Positions 27,492 through 38,561 are shown, counted from the first letter of the stretch. The stretch is DNA of 64,000 nucleotides from an uncultured Chloroflexia bacterium (GCA_963820735.1 CAWGBA010000008.1:5326-69325); one strand, 5' to 3'. A program made the numbers and translations. The notes: generated by a model not told the origin, from the sequence alone.

Positions 27492-28211
27492 TCACACGAG
27501 CGAGACCTGTTTCCAGATGCTGGTCGCGGCTGTCGTGCCGGTTTTCTTGCAGAACCACAGGCGGCCTGTCTTGTCCACGAACAGGTCCCCGAGAGCACCG
27601 GCGTCCGGGTGGCTCGTGGCGGACGAGGGCACGAGCCGCAGCTGGGCGGCGTTGCCACTGAACTGGCCGCCACGGCCGCCGGCCAGCGGAGCAGCACCGT
27701 ACACACCGGTATTCGCGGGAGCTGGCGGCAGGTTGCCGGAGCCATCATTGGAGTAGCCCAGGATCCCGGTCCGTTGCCCGGTGGACCAGCCCGCGGTGCC
27801 GGTGCCCGCCGTGCTCTTGGCCCAGCCGAGCACGCCTGACACAATCGCGCTGGTTGAGTCCGCGTAACCGAAGACGCCGGTATTCGAGTTCGAGCTGCCG
27901 TAGACCGCGGTGCCCGAGTCAGAGCTGCCAAACACTCCGAGGTCCGTGGTGCTGCTGCCCCACACTCCGGTGTGGAAGTCACTGTGGCCGTAGACGGCGA
28001 TTCCATGGCCCGAGCGGCTGCCTGCACCGCTGATGCTCCTGGCCCGGATCACCGTCGCTCCGTTCTCATCGTTGAGGTAACTCACGTGGTCGGTGGTCGC
28101 ATCGGCCGGGAGTGGTCGCGCAAGGGCGGTCACGACGGTAGCGGCCGCTGCGCCCGCGGCGGCACCCAGCAGGGCGCGACGGGACTGTCTGGGATCGCTT
28201 TGCTCAGCCAC
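27492..28211 (-). CDS. Tat-signal Gly-rich secreted protein, paralog 2
   Basis: SRRALLGAAAG; GVFG repeats; AQLRLVP...GDLFVD...LWFCK. Confidence 0.8.
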   Translation of the reverse strand: MAEQSDPRQSRRALLGAAAGAAAATVVTALARPLPADATTDHVSYLNDENGATVIRARSISGAGSRSGHGIAVYGHSDFHTGVWGSSTTDLGVFGSSDSGTAVYGSSNSNTGVFGYADSTSAIVSGVLGWAKSTAGTGTAGWSTGQRTGILGYSNDGSGNLPPAPANTGVYGAAPLAGGRGGQFSGNAAQLRLVPSSATSHPDAGALGDLFVDKTGRLWFCKKTGTTAATSIWKQVSLV

Positions 28212-28229
28212 GGCCTGCAACCTCTCCGA

Positions 28230-28280
28230 CGGTTGGCTCGTGGCGGACCTAGGGGTCCGCGCTCATCGGCCTCCGCGTCT
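28230..28280 (-). promoter_or_regulatory. Conserved 51-nt leader with covarying hairpin (copy A)
   Basis: 46/51 identical to 47835-47885; changes fall in or at the base of the hairpin and keep it paired. Confidence 0.55.
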
Positions 28281-28411
28281 CGATGAATCGTCAGGCCTCC
28301 GTCAACCGGCCACGCGAGCCGCCCCGAACGGTTCGACGGCGGTGCTACCCTCGCCCGAGCATCCCGGCCCAATGCCCTCGGTCAACCGCCCAAGTGCCCA
28401 AGGTCTGGCCG

Positions 28412-30587
28412 ATGCAACGACGAGTCGCGGGGAGGTCACCAGTCTTCACCCAACGGTACCGGGCTCCGGTGCTGCTGCTCGCCGCCGTGCTGCTGTTGGT
28501 CGGCGGCCCCGGCGTGGCGCAGGGGAACGCTCGCCCGAGCACGCCAAGCCAGGCCGTCGCTGCCTCCACTGAGCCCTCGGCCGACCCCATCGGCGACCTC
28601 GCGCACGACCTCGCGTACGACCCCGAACGGATCTTCCAATTCGTGGCGGACGAGATCCGCTACGAGCCATATCCGGGGATCCTGCGGGGTGCACGCGGCA
28701 CGCTCGAGGCTCGCGCGGGCAACTCGGTGGACAAGGCCCTGCTCCTGGCGGCCCTGTTCGACAAAAGCCTGGTCCCGTATCGGTTCGCACGCGGTCGACT
28801 CGACGAGGCGACCTCGGCCTCTCTCGTCGACTCCCTCGCGACCGATCTCGACAGTGCCCGGCGGACGGCAACGGACCCGCTGGTCCAAGGCCTGGACCAG
28901 GTCCGTTCGGCCGGCGAGGCGCTGCGACCGACGGACAGCGCTCGGCTCGCGGAGGTCGAACAGGACACCCACGCTGCCGAAGCAGACATGGCGAAGCGTC
29001 TCCACGCCACGAAGGCGCGTTTGGACGACACGGTCACGATGATCCAGGACGACCTCCATGGAGCCGGCATCGACCTGCCATCGGGCACCGATCTGTCCCT
29101 GCCACCCACCGAGACGACGGCTCACACCTGGGTGCAGATGGCGGATGGGCCGACGTGGGTTGATCTCGACCCAACGCTGGCCGGCACGCAGCCGGGTATC
29201 GCGCTGACCTCGCCCACGGAGACGCTCCCCGATCTGCCCGATGACCTCCGTTACAAGGTCGAGTTCGGGGTGCTGGTGGAGAACGTGTCGGGAGGTCAAC
29301 TGGCGACCGAACGAAGTCCTGACATACGACGGCTACGCGGACCAGCTCGCCGAGACGCCGGTGACGTTCGCGCAGGGCAAGCCGTCGGGCTTCAAGGCTC
29401 TCGGCGTCACGCTGGGCAACCTCTTCGGAGACGGTTGGATCCAGTACCGGCCGGCGCTGTTCGTCGCGGATCAGGCGTACGTGGCGGACGACAGCGTTGC
29501 CTTTCCGTCCGGCAATGGCTCCGATCCCCTCACGACGCAAGCGTCCGGCGCCCCGGCTGGTCCCGTCGAAGGCGAGGCAACGGCCGAGTGGCTCGAGGTG
29601 CGCGTGAGCCCGCCGGGCTCCGAGCCGCAGGTCGCGCGGCGCACGGTGTTCGATCGACTCCCCGCCGAGAAGCGTGCAGCCGGAGACCTGACGCCGAGCG
29701 CCGTCGCCCCGATCCAACTCGTCGATGACGGCAAGGGATCGGCCGATTTCCTTCCCATGCTGGGCGTTCGAACGTTCGCCATCGCCACGGGCCCGACGAG
29801 CCCGGCATCAGTCGCAGCGGTCTCCAAGGATTCGCTCGGCATGGTTGCCCTCGCATACCACACGATGCGGGATACGCTGGCCGCCGAGATCGGGCTCGAC
29901 GGGGGTGCTCGGACGTTCGTCGACGGCCCCAACATCGTGGCCCTCACCATCGACGTCGAGGACGACCACGGCGCTCCCGTCGCCCGGATGGGCCTGGACA
30001 TCTGGCGGCGCGAACAGGGCATCCTGCCGCTGAAGGGTTCGTCGATCGGGACCGCACAGGCCGAGCTCGTCGCGGGCGTGCTCGGCCAGGTCGCCGAGAA
30101 CTTCGTGATCGCGACAGGTGCTGACCCGCAGGCACCGGTCGCGGCGAGCGACGTCGGCGCCGTGTTCGAGGCGGCCGCGAGCCAGGGGATCCAGACGCTC
30201 GTCCTCCGCGGCTCGGTGCCGGACACGTTGGCGTATGGACCGGTGACGATGGGCCCGATCCGGGACGCAGTTGCCTCCGGAGACGTCGTGATCGTGCCCG
30301 CCGAACCCGTGAAGTTGGCCGGCCGCGAACGGGTGGGCTGGTGGAGGATCGACCCGCGCACAGGCGTCACGACAGACGTCATGGACGACGGGACCGGTCA
30401 ATCGATGGGCGAGTACGTCGTCATCGTCGACGAAGACCTCGGCACGCTCATTTGCCACGGGTTGTACGCGAGGAGGGTCGCGTTCCTGATCTACGTCGCC
30501 GCCCTGGCCGTCGGGGCCTACGGCTATACCGACATCTTCTGGCGGTACGAGGACGGTTATCAGGGCCTGCAATGCAGCGCCGGATGA
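28412..30587 (+). CDS. Secreted transglutaminase-like domain protein, split by a +1 frameshift near 29309
   Basis: IRYEPYPG...AGNSVDKALLL, HTWV, WVDLDP; removing one G joins GGQLAT to NEVLTYDG. Confidence 0.7.
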
Positions 30588-30606
30588 AGGCGCGCGAGGC
30601 AACGAC

Positions 30607-31611
30607 CTAGTTGTTGTGCGTGTATTCCTCGATCCGGTCGTTCTCGGTATCGACGACGAAGACGTGCGTTTGGGCATCCACGGCCACGCCCTCGGGGTGG
30701 CTCATCGGAGGACCGCCGTCCTGCGGCAGCCGGCTGTAGTAGACCCCCGTTGGGGTGAACTTCTCGATCCGGTTGTTGCCGGCATCCGCCACGTAGACGT
30801 AGCCGCCAGGTCCGACGGAGATGTGCCCCGCCTCATTGAACTGTCCGTGCGCGGAGCCGGCTGAGCCCCACTTGCGAACGAACCCGCCGGTGGACGTGAA
30901 CTCCTGGATCCGGTTGTTCCCGGAGTCAACTACATAGACCTTGCCACCCGATGAGACGGCCACTCCCGTAGGATCGTTGAACTCCCCGGAGGCGTGCCCA
31001 GAGCCGCCCCACATGCGCAGGAAGTGGCCCGTGGAGTCAAACTCGAGGATGCCGGGCGGCGCCACAGTCTGCGGTGCTGCGTCGAGCGGAAATCCGCCGA
31101 CGTTGGCGACGTAGATGTTGCCGCCGGGCCCAACCGCGATGCCGAAGGGATCCTCGAGCCGGGCGTTCGACGGACCGTGCCACTTGCGAACGAACCCGCC
31201 CGTGGATGTGAACTCCTGGATCCGGCTGTTGTCCGTGTCCGCGACGTAGACGTTTCCGGACGGGCCCACGGCGATGGCCTGCGGACCTTTGAACTGACCC
31301 GCGCCCGCACCATGCGTTCCCCACGCGCGGATGAAGTGCCCGGTCGGGCTGAATTCCTGGACGCGGTCGCCGCCGGCCTCGACCACGTACACGTTCCCCG
31401 AAGGTGCCACCGATGCGTCGGCCGGGACCGAGAAGTCGCCGTGGCTCAGCCCGGCGTGTCCCCACTGCCGCGTGAAGTCGTAGCTCCCGAACGCCACGGC
31501 GCTCATCAGGCCGATTGCTGCCACGGCGATCACGGCTGCGATCAGCGACTGTCGGCGCCGGCGGCGGTTGCCGCGTGCGAGGGCGCGCGCAGGTGTGTCG
31601 TTGGCGCTCAT
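30607..31611 (-). CDS. Secreted NHL-repeat beta-propeller protein
   Basis: VYVADTDNSRIQEF repeats; GGAGG SD. Confidence 0.9.
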   Translation of the reverse strand: MSANDTPARALARGNRRRRRQSLIAAVIAVAAIGLMSAVAFGSYDFTRQWGHAGLSHGDFSVPADASVAPSGNVYVVEAGGDRVQEFSPTGHFIRAWGTHGAGAGQFKGPQAIAVGPSGNVYVADTDNSRIQEFTSTGGFVRKWHGPSNARLEDPFGIAVGPGGNIYVANVGGFPLDAAPQTVAPPGILEFDSTGHFLRMWGGSGHASGEFNDPTGVAVSSGGKVYVVDSGNNRIQEFTSTGGFVRKWGSAGSAHGQFNEAGHISVGPGGYVYVADAGNNRIEKFTPTGVYYSRLPQDGGPPMSHPEGVAVDAQTHVFVVDTENDRIEEYTHNN

Positions 31612-31821
31612 GCCGCCTCCATGGTTGGTGGTTGCCTCTTCCACCCGGTTGTGGCCGGCGAACCGGTTGCCGTCACCAGACGTTCCCGCACCAACTCGGG
31701 GCGAGCGTACACCCACCGCTCGCGATGTCTGCGTCGAGCTGACTGCGCGGTCTGCCAGGAGAGGGGATCGTCCGGCGTTCGCGGACAGCGAGGATCAGTG
31801 TCTCGGCTAGCATGCCCTTCG

Positions 31822-32409
31822 ATGAGGCTTCCGACGGGCCGAACGGCGCGGGTTGACGTCGTCCTTGCTGGTTCGCTCACGTCGACCGGCGGCGGGGTCG
31901 TCAGCAGCTGCACGCTGATCCGCGATGGCGATCGGGTGATCATCGTCGACCCTGGGATGGCGCCGAGCGCGAGCTCGATCCTCGACTCCCTGGCGGCCCT
32001 CGGCGTCACGCCGGAGGACGTCACCGACGTGATCCTGAGCCACCACCACCCGGATCACACGATGCACGCCGGCCACTTTCCGCGCGCGGCCGTTCATGAT
32101 CACTGGGCGATCTATCGCGGCACGGATTGGGAGGATTCCGACGCCGACGGGCGCGAGCTGACCGATTCGGTCGTGCTTGCGCGGGCGCCCGGACACACGT
32201 CAGAGGACATCGCGGTCATCGTGGGCACGGGCGATGGCCTGGTCGTGACGACACACTGCTGGTTCCACGCTGACTCGAAGGTCGAGGATGAGGATCCCGA
32301 GGAGGCCGATCAGTTGCACTCCTCGCGCGCGGCGATCCTCGAGGTCGCGGACCGGATCGTGCCCGGACACGGACCGGCGTTCAGCCCGTCGGCGGTGACG
32401 CCGCGCTGA
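31822..32409 (+). CDS. Metallo-beta-lactamase-fold hydrolase
   Basis: IVDPG, SHHHPDH, APGHTSED, IVPGHG. Confidence 0.9.
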   Translation: MRLPTGRTARVDVVLAGSLTSTGGGVVSSCTLIRDGDRVIIVDPGMAPSASSILDSLAALGVTPEDVTDVILSHHHPDHTMHAGHFPRAAVHDHWAIYRGTDWEDSDADGRELTDSVVLARAPGHTSEDIAVIVGTGDGLVVTTHCWFHADSKVEDEDPEEADQLHSSRAAILEVADRIVPGHGPAFSPSAVTPR

Positions 32410-32486
32410 TCTCGAGCCCCGATATCGCGGGGTGGCTGGCTGGGACGACGCGCGAGATGCCGCGCTGCCGAGATCTTGAAGCGCTG

Positions 32487-32503
32487 AGATATCTGGGATA
32501 TCT
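32487..32503. promoter_or_regulatory. Tandem GATATC palindromes, possible RHH antitoxin operator
   Basis: AGATATCT-GG-GATATCT about 10 nt before the ATG. Confidence 0.4.
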
Positions 32504-32512
32504 TGCGGGCAA

Positions 32513-32758
32513 ATGGCCAAGGTGCTCGTGACACTTGAGGACGGACTCTTGCGCCGGATTGACAGGCTGGCCCGGTCCCGAGGGATGTCGCGCAGCGCGT
32601 ACATCGGCGAACTCGCGGAGCGTGATGCGATCCGTTCTGTGGGACCAGGCGCGACTCAGGCCGCCCAGAACGCGATGGAGCGTCTTGATCGTCTGTTCGA
32701 GTCAAGTCCCGCTGGCGACTCGACCGCGATGGTCCGTGCCGAACGCGACGCTCGGTGA
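32513..32758 (+). CDS. CopG/RHH antitoxin
   Basis: KVLVTLEDGLLRRIDRLA...SRSAYI; GTGA overlap. Confidence 0.85.
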   Translation: MAKVLVTLEDGLLRRIDRLARSRGMSRSAYIGELAERDAIRSVGPGATQAAQNAMERLDRLFESSPAGDSTAMVRAERDAR

Positions 32759-33240
32759 TCGAACTTGTCATCGATGCGTCAGTTCTCCTGAAGTGGTTTC
32801 GCAACGACGGCGAAGGTCGGCTCCTGGAGGCGCATGCCGTCCGGTGTGCGTTCGCGGCTGGCCGTCTGGTCGTTCATGCTCCGCCGTTCCTCAGGCTGGA
32901 GATCTTGAACGTCGCGGGCCGGCGCTGGGGTTGGGACGAGTCACGACTGCATGGTCTGGCCACATCGCTCGAAGGGCTCGGCATCCAATTCACAGAGCCC
33001 GACCTGCGCCTGGTTGGAATGTGGACCGCGAGGGGTTTGACGGCGTATGACGCGGCCTACGTGGCGCTCGCGGAGCAGGAGGCGATTCGCCTGGTGACCG
33101 ACGACGATCTCATCCTCGCCGTTGCTCCAGGCCTCGCGACGCCGTTGATCGACGTCTCGGACATGTTCATCTCTGTTCCCGAGTCCACGAACACGAACTC
33201 GCAGTCCGAGGCTGGGCCAGAGGCTGAGAAGGCCGAATAA
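32755..33240 (+). CDS. vapC: VapC PIN toxin
   Basis: LVIDASVLLKW, LEILN, LTAYDAAYVALA, LVTDD. Confidence 0.9.
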   Translation: MIELVIDASVLLKWFRNDGEGRLLEAHAVRCAFAAGRLVVHAPPFLRLEILNVAGRRWGWDESRLHGLATSLEGLGIQFTEPDLRLVGMWTARGLTAYDAAYVALAEQEAIRLVTDDDLILAVAPGLATPLIDVSDMFISVPESTNTNSQSEAGPEAEKAE

Positions 33241-33596
33241 CGAGCTCTGCGACCTGTGCCGTCTTGCGGCTGGTCGCCCGGTTCCGCCGCTACCAGTCGA
33301 GGAGGACGCACTCCCTGGTCGCCCCAAGCCGAAACCGGACAGTGGCGTGCTCTTCGGAACCGTAGGCTTGAGCTTCGTCCCTCACTTCGTCTCGTCGAAA
33401 AAGCTGATCGTGCGCTCACGGTCCGAGTCCCCGGGGAACGGTCGATGTGAGAGTCGTCGAGAACGGTGCTCAGAGCCCGCCGGTGAAAACAGACCGCTTC
33501 ACGTTCCCCTAGGACTGGCACGACAGGTCGGTGACATGTCAATGTGAGTGGACCCTGAGCCAGTGGCCCAGCACCGGGCCACGGCGACCCGCCTGA

Positions 33597-34268
<672 letters not shown>

Positions 34269-34489
34269 CCCCTCGCCGGCGCGTCCTGCGGGGCGTGGCC
34301 CTTCAGACCGCCATGCGCGTTCGACGAGGAAGGGCTGTGGATCGCCCGAAACGCATGATGGCGGTTGATAACTCCATGGAGAACGATAGATTGGGTGCGG
34401 GAGCCGTCGACCGACCGCGATAAGCGGAATTCACGGATCGTCTTACTCGGCGACGATCCAAACGCTGTGATTGAAGGGAGTCCCCGACG

Positions 34490-35707
34490 ATGGTTGTTGA
34501 GCTGGACCAGATTCTGGCCGTATTCCTCGTTGACAACGACGATACCGCCGAGCGCTTCCTGAAGAAGCTCCAAGCAATCGAGAAGGCCGATACGCGGGTC
34601 GAGATCGTCGATGCCGCGATTGCGCATCGCACCAAGTTGGGGCGGGTCAAGGTCCACCAGACAACGGACCGCGGCGCGATGAAGGGTGGCCTTCGCGGCG
34701 GTGCCTTCGGGGTCGTCGTCGGCACCATTCTGCTCGGGCCGGCGGGCGCCGTCGTCGGCGGTGCGGCAGGCGGAATGCTCGCCGGCCTGCACAACCGCTT
34801 CCACGACATCGGCATCAACGACAAGTTCATGCGCGAGGTCACCCACGAGGTCGAGAAGGGCAAGAGCGCCCTATTCGTCCTCTACCAGGGTGAGTGGGCG
34901 AATTCGATCGGTGCGGTCGAAGATGCGGTCAAGGCCGAGCACGCGCTGCTGATCCAGAGCACGATGTCACCCGAGAAGGCGGCCGAGCTCAAGGAGCTCG
35001 TGGAGCCAGCCGCGGAGGAGCTCGGTGGCGAGGAAGTGCTCGACGACTACGAAGTCGAGACGGAGCCCGAGCCGGAGGCCGAGGTTGCAGCCGTAGCCGC
35101 AGCGGCAAGTGAACCGGCCGCGCCGGCGCCCGCTGCCGCAGCGCCCGCGGTGGCCGAGGTCGTCAAGCCGGACGACCTGACGCAATTGGATGGAATCGGT
35201 CCCAAGACGGCCATTGCCCTGTCCGCGGCTGGCATCACGACGTACCGCGCACTCGCGGAGGCCAACGAGCCGCAGATCCGGCGCGCCCTCCACGAGGCCG
35301 ACATGACCGCACCTGCGAACGTGGGGACCTGGCCGATGCAGGCCGAGTTCGCCGCCAACGGGGACTGGCGCGGGCTCATGAGCTACCACGACAAGCACAC
35401 CGCGACCAGGACCGTGACGACGAAGGCTCCGGCAGCAGCCGCTGCGGCTCCCGTCGCTGAGTCTGCTGTCACGAAGCCTGACGACCTGACCAAGCTCAGT
35501 GGCATCGGCCCGCGGATCGAGGTGATCTTGGCGGAAGGTGGCGTGAACACCTACGACAAGCTGGCGCACACGACCGCCGACGAGCTTCGAGCCATCCTCG
35601 CCGCAAGTGGAGCGCTTCCGCCGTCCAGCCTTCGCACGTGGCCCGCTCAGGCCGCGTTCGCAGCGAAGGGCGACTGGGAGGGTCTCGCAAAGTACAACCA
35701 CCACTGA
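34490..35707 (+). CDS. DUF1269-like membrane domain plus two helix-hairpin-helix modules
   Basis: GGAFG...GAAGG...GINDKFMREV; DDLTQLDGIGPK and DDLTKLSGIGPR. Confidence 0.75.
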   Translation: MVVELDQILAVFLVDNDDTAERFLKKLQAIEKADTRVEIVDAAIAHRTKLGRVKVHQTTDRGAMKGGLRGGAFGVVVGTILLGPAGAVVGGAAGGMLAGLHNRFHDIGINDKFMREVTHEVEKGKSALFVLYQGEWANSIGAVEDAVKAEHALLIQSTMSPEKAAELKELVEPAAEELGGEEVLDDYEVETEPEPEAEVAAVAAAASEPAAPAPAAAAPAVAEVVKPDDLTQLDGIGPKTAIALSAAGITTYRALAEANEPQIRRALHEADMTAPANVGTWPMQAEFAANGDWRGLMSYHDKHTATRTVTTKAPAAAAAAPVAESAVTKPDDLTKLSGIGPRIEVILAEGGVNTYDKLAHTTADELRAILAASGALPPSSLRTWPAQAAFAAKGDWEGLAKYNHH

Positions 35708-35744
35708 TCCCAGGCGGCTTTGCCGCCTCATCGAGCCTCCGCGC

Positions 35745-35773
35745 GCGGCGTCCCGAGTCGTTCGGGACGCCGC
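35745..35773. terminator. 12-bp perfect stem-loop
   Basis: GCGGCGTCCCGA-GTCGT-TCGGGACGCCGC downstream of 35707. Confidence 0.5.
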
Positions 35774-35923
35774 TTCGATTCTGACGTCAGTGCTAGGCGC
35801 TGGGGCTTGAAAACAGTTGTCCGTAGCACCCGACCAGTGGGCTATCTATTTCTCAATCGGGCGCGCACACTCTCGGTCCCGACGAGGGGGCTTGACGCAA
35901 AGTCGGTCAGCGGAGGTGGAGTG

Positions 35924-37240
35924 ATGCGCTCCGTTCCCAGGCTCTTTGGTGTCATCGGCATGGTCGCGGTGCTCTCGGTCCCTGGACTCTCGGCCGCGGG
36001 CGCCTCCCCGGCCGCGGGTGCATCCCCGGCCGCGGGCTCCCCAGCCGTCGGCGGATCAGGCGTCAGCCCTGCCTCGGTCATCGCCTGGAACGAGATCGCC
36101 GATAACGCGGCGATCACGGTGGGCAAGCAGTCGCCGCCCGAGTCGGCGGTGACGCTCGGCATCGTCCAGTCGGCGGTCTACAACGCCGTGGTGGCGATCA
36201 TCGGCGGCTATCAGCCCTACGGGGAGCCGCTCGCCTCGCAGCCGACAGCCTCGGTCGACGCTGCGGTCGCGGCTGCCGCCCACGACGTGCTGGTGAACTA
36301 CTTCCCCGATCAGAAGGCGGACCTCGACACGGCCTACACCACGGCGCTGGCGGCGATCGCCGACGGTGACGCCAAGACGTCGGGCGTCACGCTGGGCGAG
36401 GCCTCGGCAGCCGCCACGATCGCAGCTCGCGCCGGTGACGGGATGTTCGGCCCCAGTACCTTCACGATGCCCGCCGCCGCACCCGGCGTGTGGCAGCTAC
36501 CCCCCGATCAGAAGCCGCTCGATCCGTGGATGGTCGCCCTGCGGCCGTTCATCCTCACCTCCGCGGACCAGTTCCTGCCCGGGCCGCCACCGGCCCTCGA
36601 CAGCGCCACCTACGCCACGGACTTCAACGAGACCATGAGCATGGGCGGCACCGATAGCACCCTGCGCACGCCCGAGCAGACGCTCGTCGCGCAGTTCTGG
36701 ACGGCTCCTGCGGTGGCCCAGTACAACACCGCCTTCGAGGGCGTCATCGCCGACCATGGCATGGATGCCATGCAGGCGGCGCGGCTGTACGCGATGGGCA
36801 ACATGATCGGGGCGGATGCGCTGACCGGGTGCATGAACGCCAAGTACCACTACCTCTTCTGGCGTCCTGTGTTCGCCGTTCCGGGCGCGGACACGGACGG
36901 CAACGATGCGACGACCGCGGACCCGAGCTGGACGCCGCTGGTCAAGACTCCCACCCATCCCGAGTACCCCTCCAACCACGCGTGCTACACCACGGCCGAG
37001 GCGATGGTCCTGGCCAACGTGCTGGGCAGCGACAACATCGATCTCACCGTGACCAGCAGCGTGACGGCGGACGGCCTGCCGTCCCAGCACTTCGCCACCG
37101 CTGCCGATCTCGTGAGTAACGTGTTCAACGCCCGCATCTGGGGCGGCCTCCACTACCGGAACTCCGAAGATGTGGGCGGTCTCCTTGGCAATGAGGTCGT
37201 CGATTACGCACTGACGCACGACTTCGCGCCCGTGCCCTGA
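35924..37240 (+). CDS. Secreted vanadium-dependent haloperoxidase/PAP2-family protein
   Basis: KYHYLFWRP, PTHPEYPSNHA, RIWGGLHYR. Confidence 0.85.
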   Translation: MRSVPRLFGVIGMVAVLSVPGLSAAGASPAAGASPAAGSPAVGGSGVSPASVIAWNEIADNAAITVGKQSPPESAVTLGIVQSAVYNAVVAIIGGYQPYGEPLASQPTASVDAAVAAAAHDVLVNYFPDQKADLDTAYTTALAAIADGDAKTSGVTLGEASAAATIAARAGDGMFGPSTFTMPAAAPGVWQLPPDQKPLDPWMVALRPFILTSADQFLPGPPPALDSATYATDFNETMSMGGTDSTLRTPEQTLVAQFWTAPAVAQYNTAFEGVIADHGMDAMQAARLYAMGNMIGADALTGCMNAKYHYLFWRPVFAVPGADTDGNDATTADPSWTPLVKTPTHPEYPSNHACYTTAEAMVLANVLGSDNIDLTVTSSVTADGLPSQHFATAADLVSNVFNARIWGGLHYRNSEDVGGLLGNEVVDYALTHDFAPVP

Positions 37241-37288
37241 TCAATCAGTTGAGACCGTCGGGTGCACAAGTCGGCCCGACAGCAGTGG

Positions 37289-37317
37289 CGCGATGGGGTC
37301 TGCGAGACCCCATCGCG
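37289..37317. terminator. 13-bp perfect hairpin between convergent genes
   Basis: CGCGATGGGGTCT-GCG-AGACCCCATCGCG. Confidence 0.6.
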
Positions 37318-37407
37318 TTCTCACTCACGCAGCTCGTGAACTGACAGCATCGTCGGGGGTCGTCGACGCTTCTGCGCTGGTCGCCTCCATGTCGGTGGCC
37401 AAGCCGG

Positions 37408-38283
37408 TCACGAGCCAGACGAGTCGGTCGAGATTGGCAGCGGGGTGTCCCAACGCCCGGTCCCGATCGACGTTGCCGCGAGAGCGTTGGCGAGTCGTCG
37501 GCGCAGCTCGCTCGCGATCGGGCCTGCAGTCCCGGTCGGCACCTGCCGTTGCAGCCTGAGCGATGCACCGTCAAGGCCCAGGCCGGTAACCCAGATGTCG
37601 GTCGGAGCATTGGCAGGCATGCGGTCCGACCACGCCGGGTTCTCGGACATCTCGCGAGTCACCCGTGTCGCAACCTCGATGGCCCGGTCGAGTTCGTGTG
37701 CATGCAGGACCTGGATCTCGACCGTGGCGACCGAGAACACCCGCGTGACGTTGGATGACAGCCGGATGAGCCCGTTCGAGACCGCGTGCACGGAGCCCAG
37801 GCTGTCGCGCAGCAACGTCCGGCGCAGGCCGATCTCCTCGACGGTGCCCTCGACGCCGCCCGGCGTTCCCACGGTGATCCAGTCGCCCTTGAAGTACGGT
37901 CCCTCGACCAGGATGAGGAAGCCCATCACGTAGTCGAGCACAACATCCTGCGTCGCGAACAAGAGGGCCGCGATGACGACGACGATCCCGGCCAGGATTG
38001 GCCACAGGCCGAAGACCGCAAGCGCCAGTGCAGCGATCAGCGCGAGAACCGTCACGCGAAGCAGCCGAGTAAGCAGATCCTCGATCGTCAAGACGCGCTT
38101 GTCGACCTCGTCCGTTGAGCTCGATCCGGACGGCAGATGGGCGGCTTGGGCACGGAGGAGCTGGGGCACGAAGCGATGGATTCCGGAGGCTCCGATCCGG
38201 TAAGCCAGCAGCAAGAAGACGACGCCGACCAGCAGCTGCAATCCCGCGGACACCGCCCACCGGATGATTTCGTTGAGATCCAT
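37408..38283 (-). CDS. mscS: MscS-family mechanosensitive channel
   Basis: QDVVLDYVMGFLILVEGPYFKGDWI...GTVEEIGLRRTLLR...NG. Confidence 0.9.
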   Translation of the reverse strand: MDLNEIIRWAVSAGLQLLVGVVFLLLAYRIGASGIHRFVPQLLRAQAAHLPSGSSSTDEVDKRVLTIEDLLTRLLRVTVLALIAALALAVFGLWPILAGIVVVIAALLFATQDVVLDYVMGFLILVEGPYFKGDWITVGTPGGVEGTVEEIGLRRTLLRDSLGSVHAVSNGLIRLSSNVTRVFSVATVEIQVLHAHELDRAIEVATRVTREMSENPAWSDRMPANAPTDIWVTGLGLDGASLRLQRQVPTGTAGPIASELRRRLANALAATSIGTGRWDTPLPISTDSSGS

Positions 38284-38561
38284 CCCGATCCTCCCTCGCA
38301 TGCCCGCCCGCCAGCCACGGTGCGATCTCGTCGATGCGCGACAGGTGGCAGGATGACACTCAGTGCGCAACGGTCGGGGACCCGATATCGGGTGCCTCGA
38401 CGGCTCAGCGTGTCAACGTCTTCTGTCAGGCCGGCCATAGTCGGTACAAAGAACGTTCCCGACGCTGGATTCGACACGCAGGCCGACCCCGTGGCGCTTA
38501 CCCTCAGATAGGGCGCTGCGCCGCACGCGCGATGCTGCCCAAAACGACGGAGGGCTCGCAA

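Noticed and set aside
28255-28272. Hammerhead-like core CCGAUGAG...CGAG in the Tat-gene leader
   Set aside because: It has CGAG rather than CGAAA, and I found no stem III or NUH cleavage site.
35752-35771. CCCGAGTCGTTCGGGACGCC as another repeat copy
   Set aside because: Fully explained as a perfect 12-bp terminator-like hairpin; no upstream arm.
38465-38476. CTGGATTCGAC resembling the tmRNA 5' end
   Set aside because: Lacks the GGGG start and any tag frame or 3' TCCACCA end.
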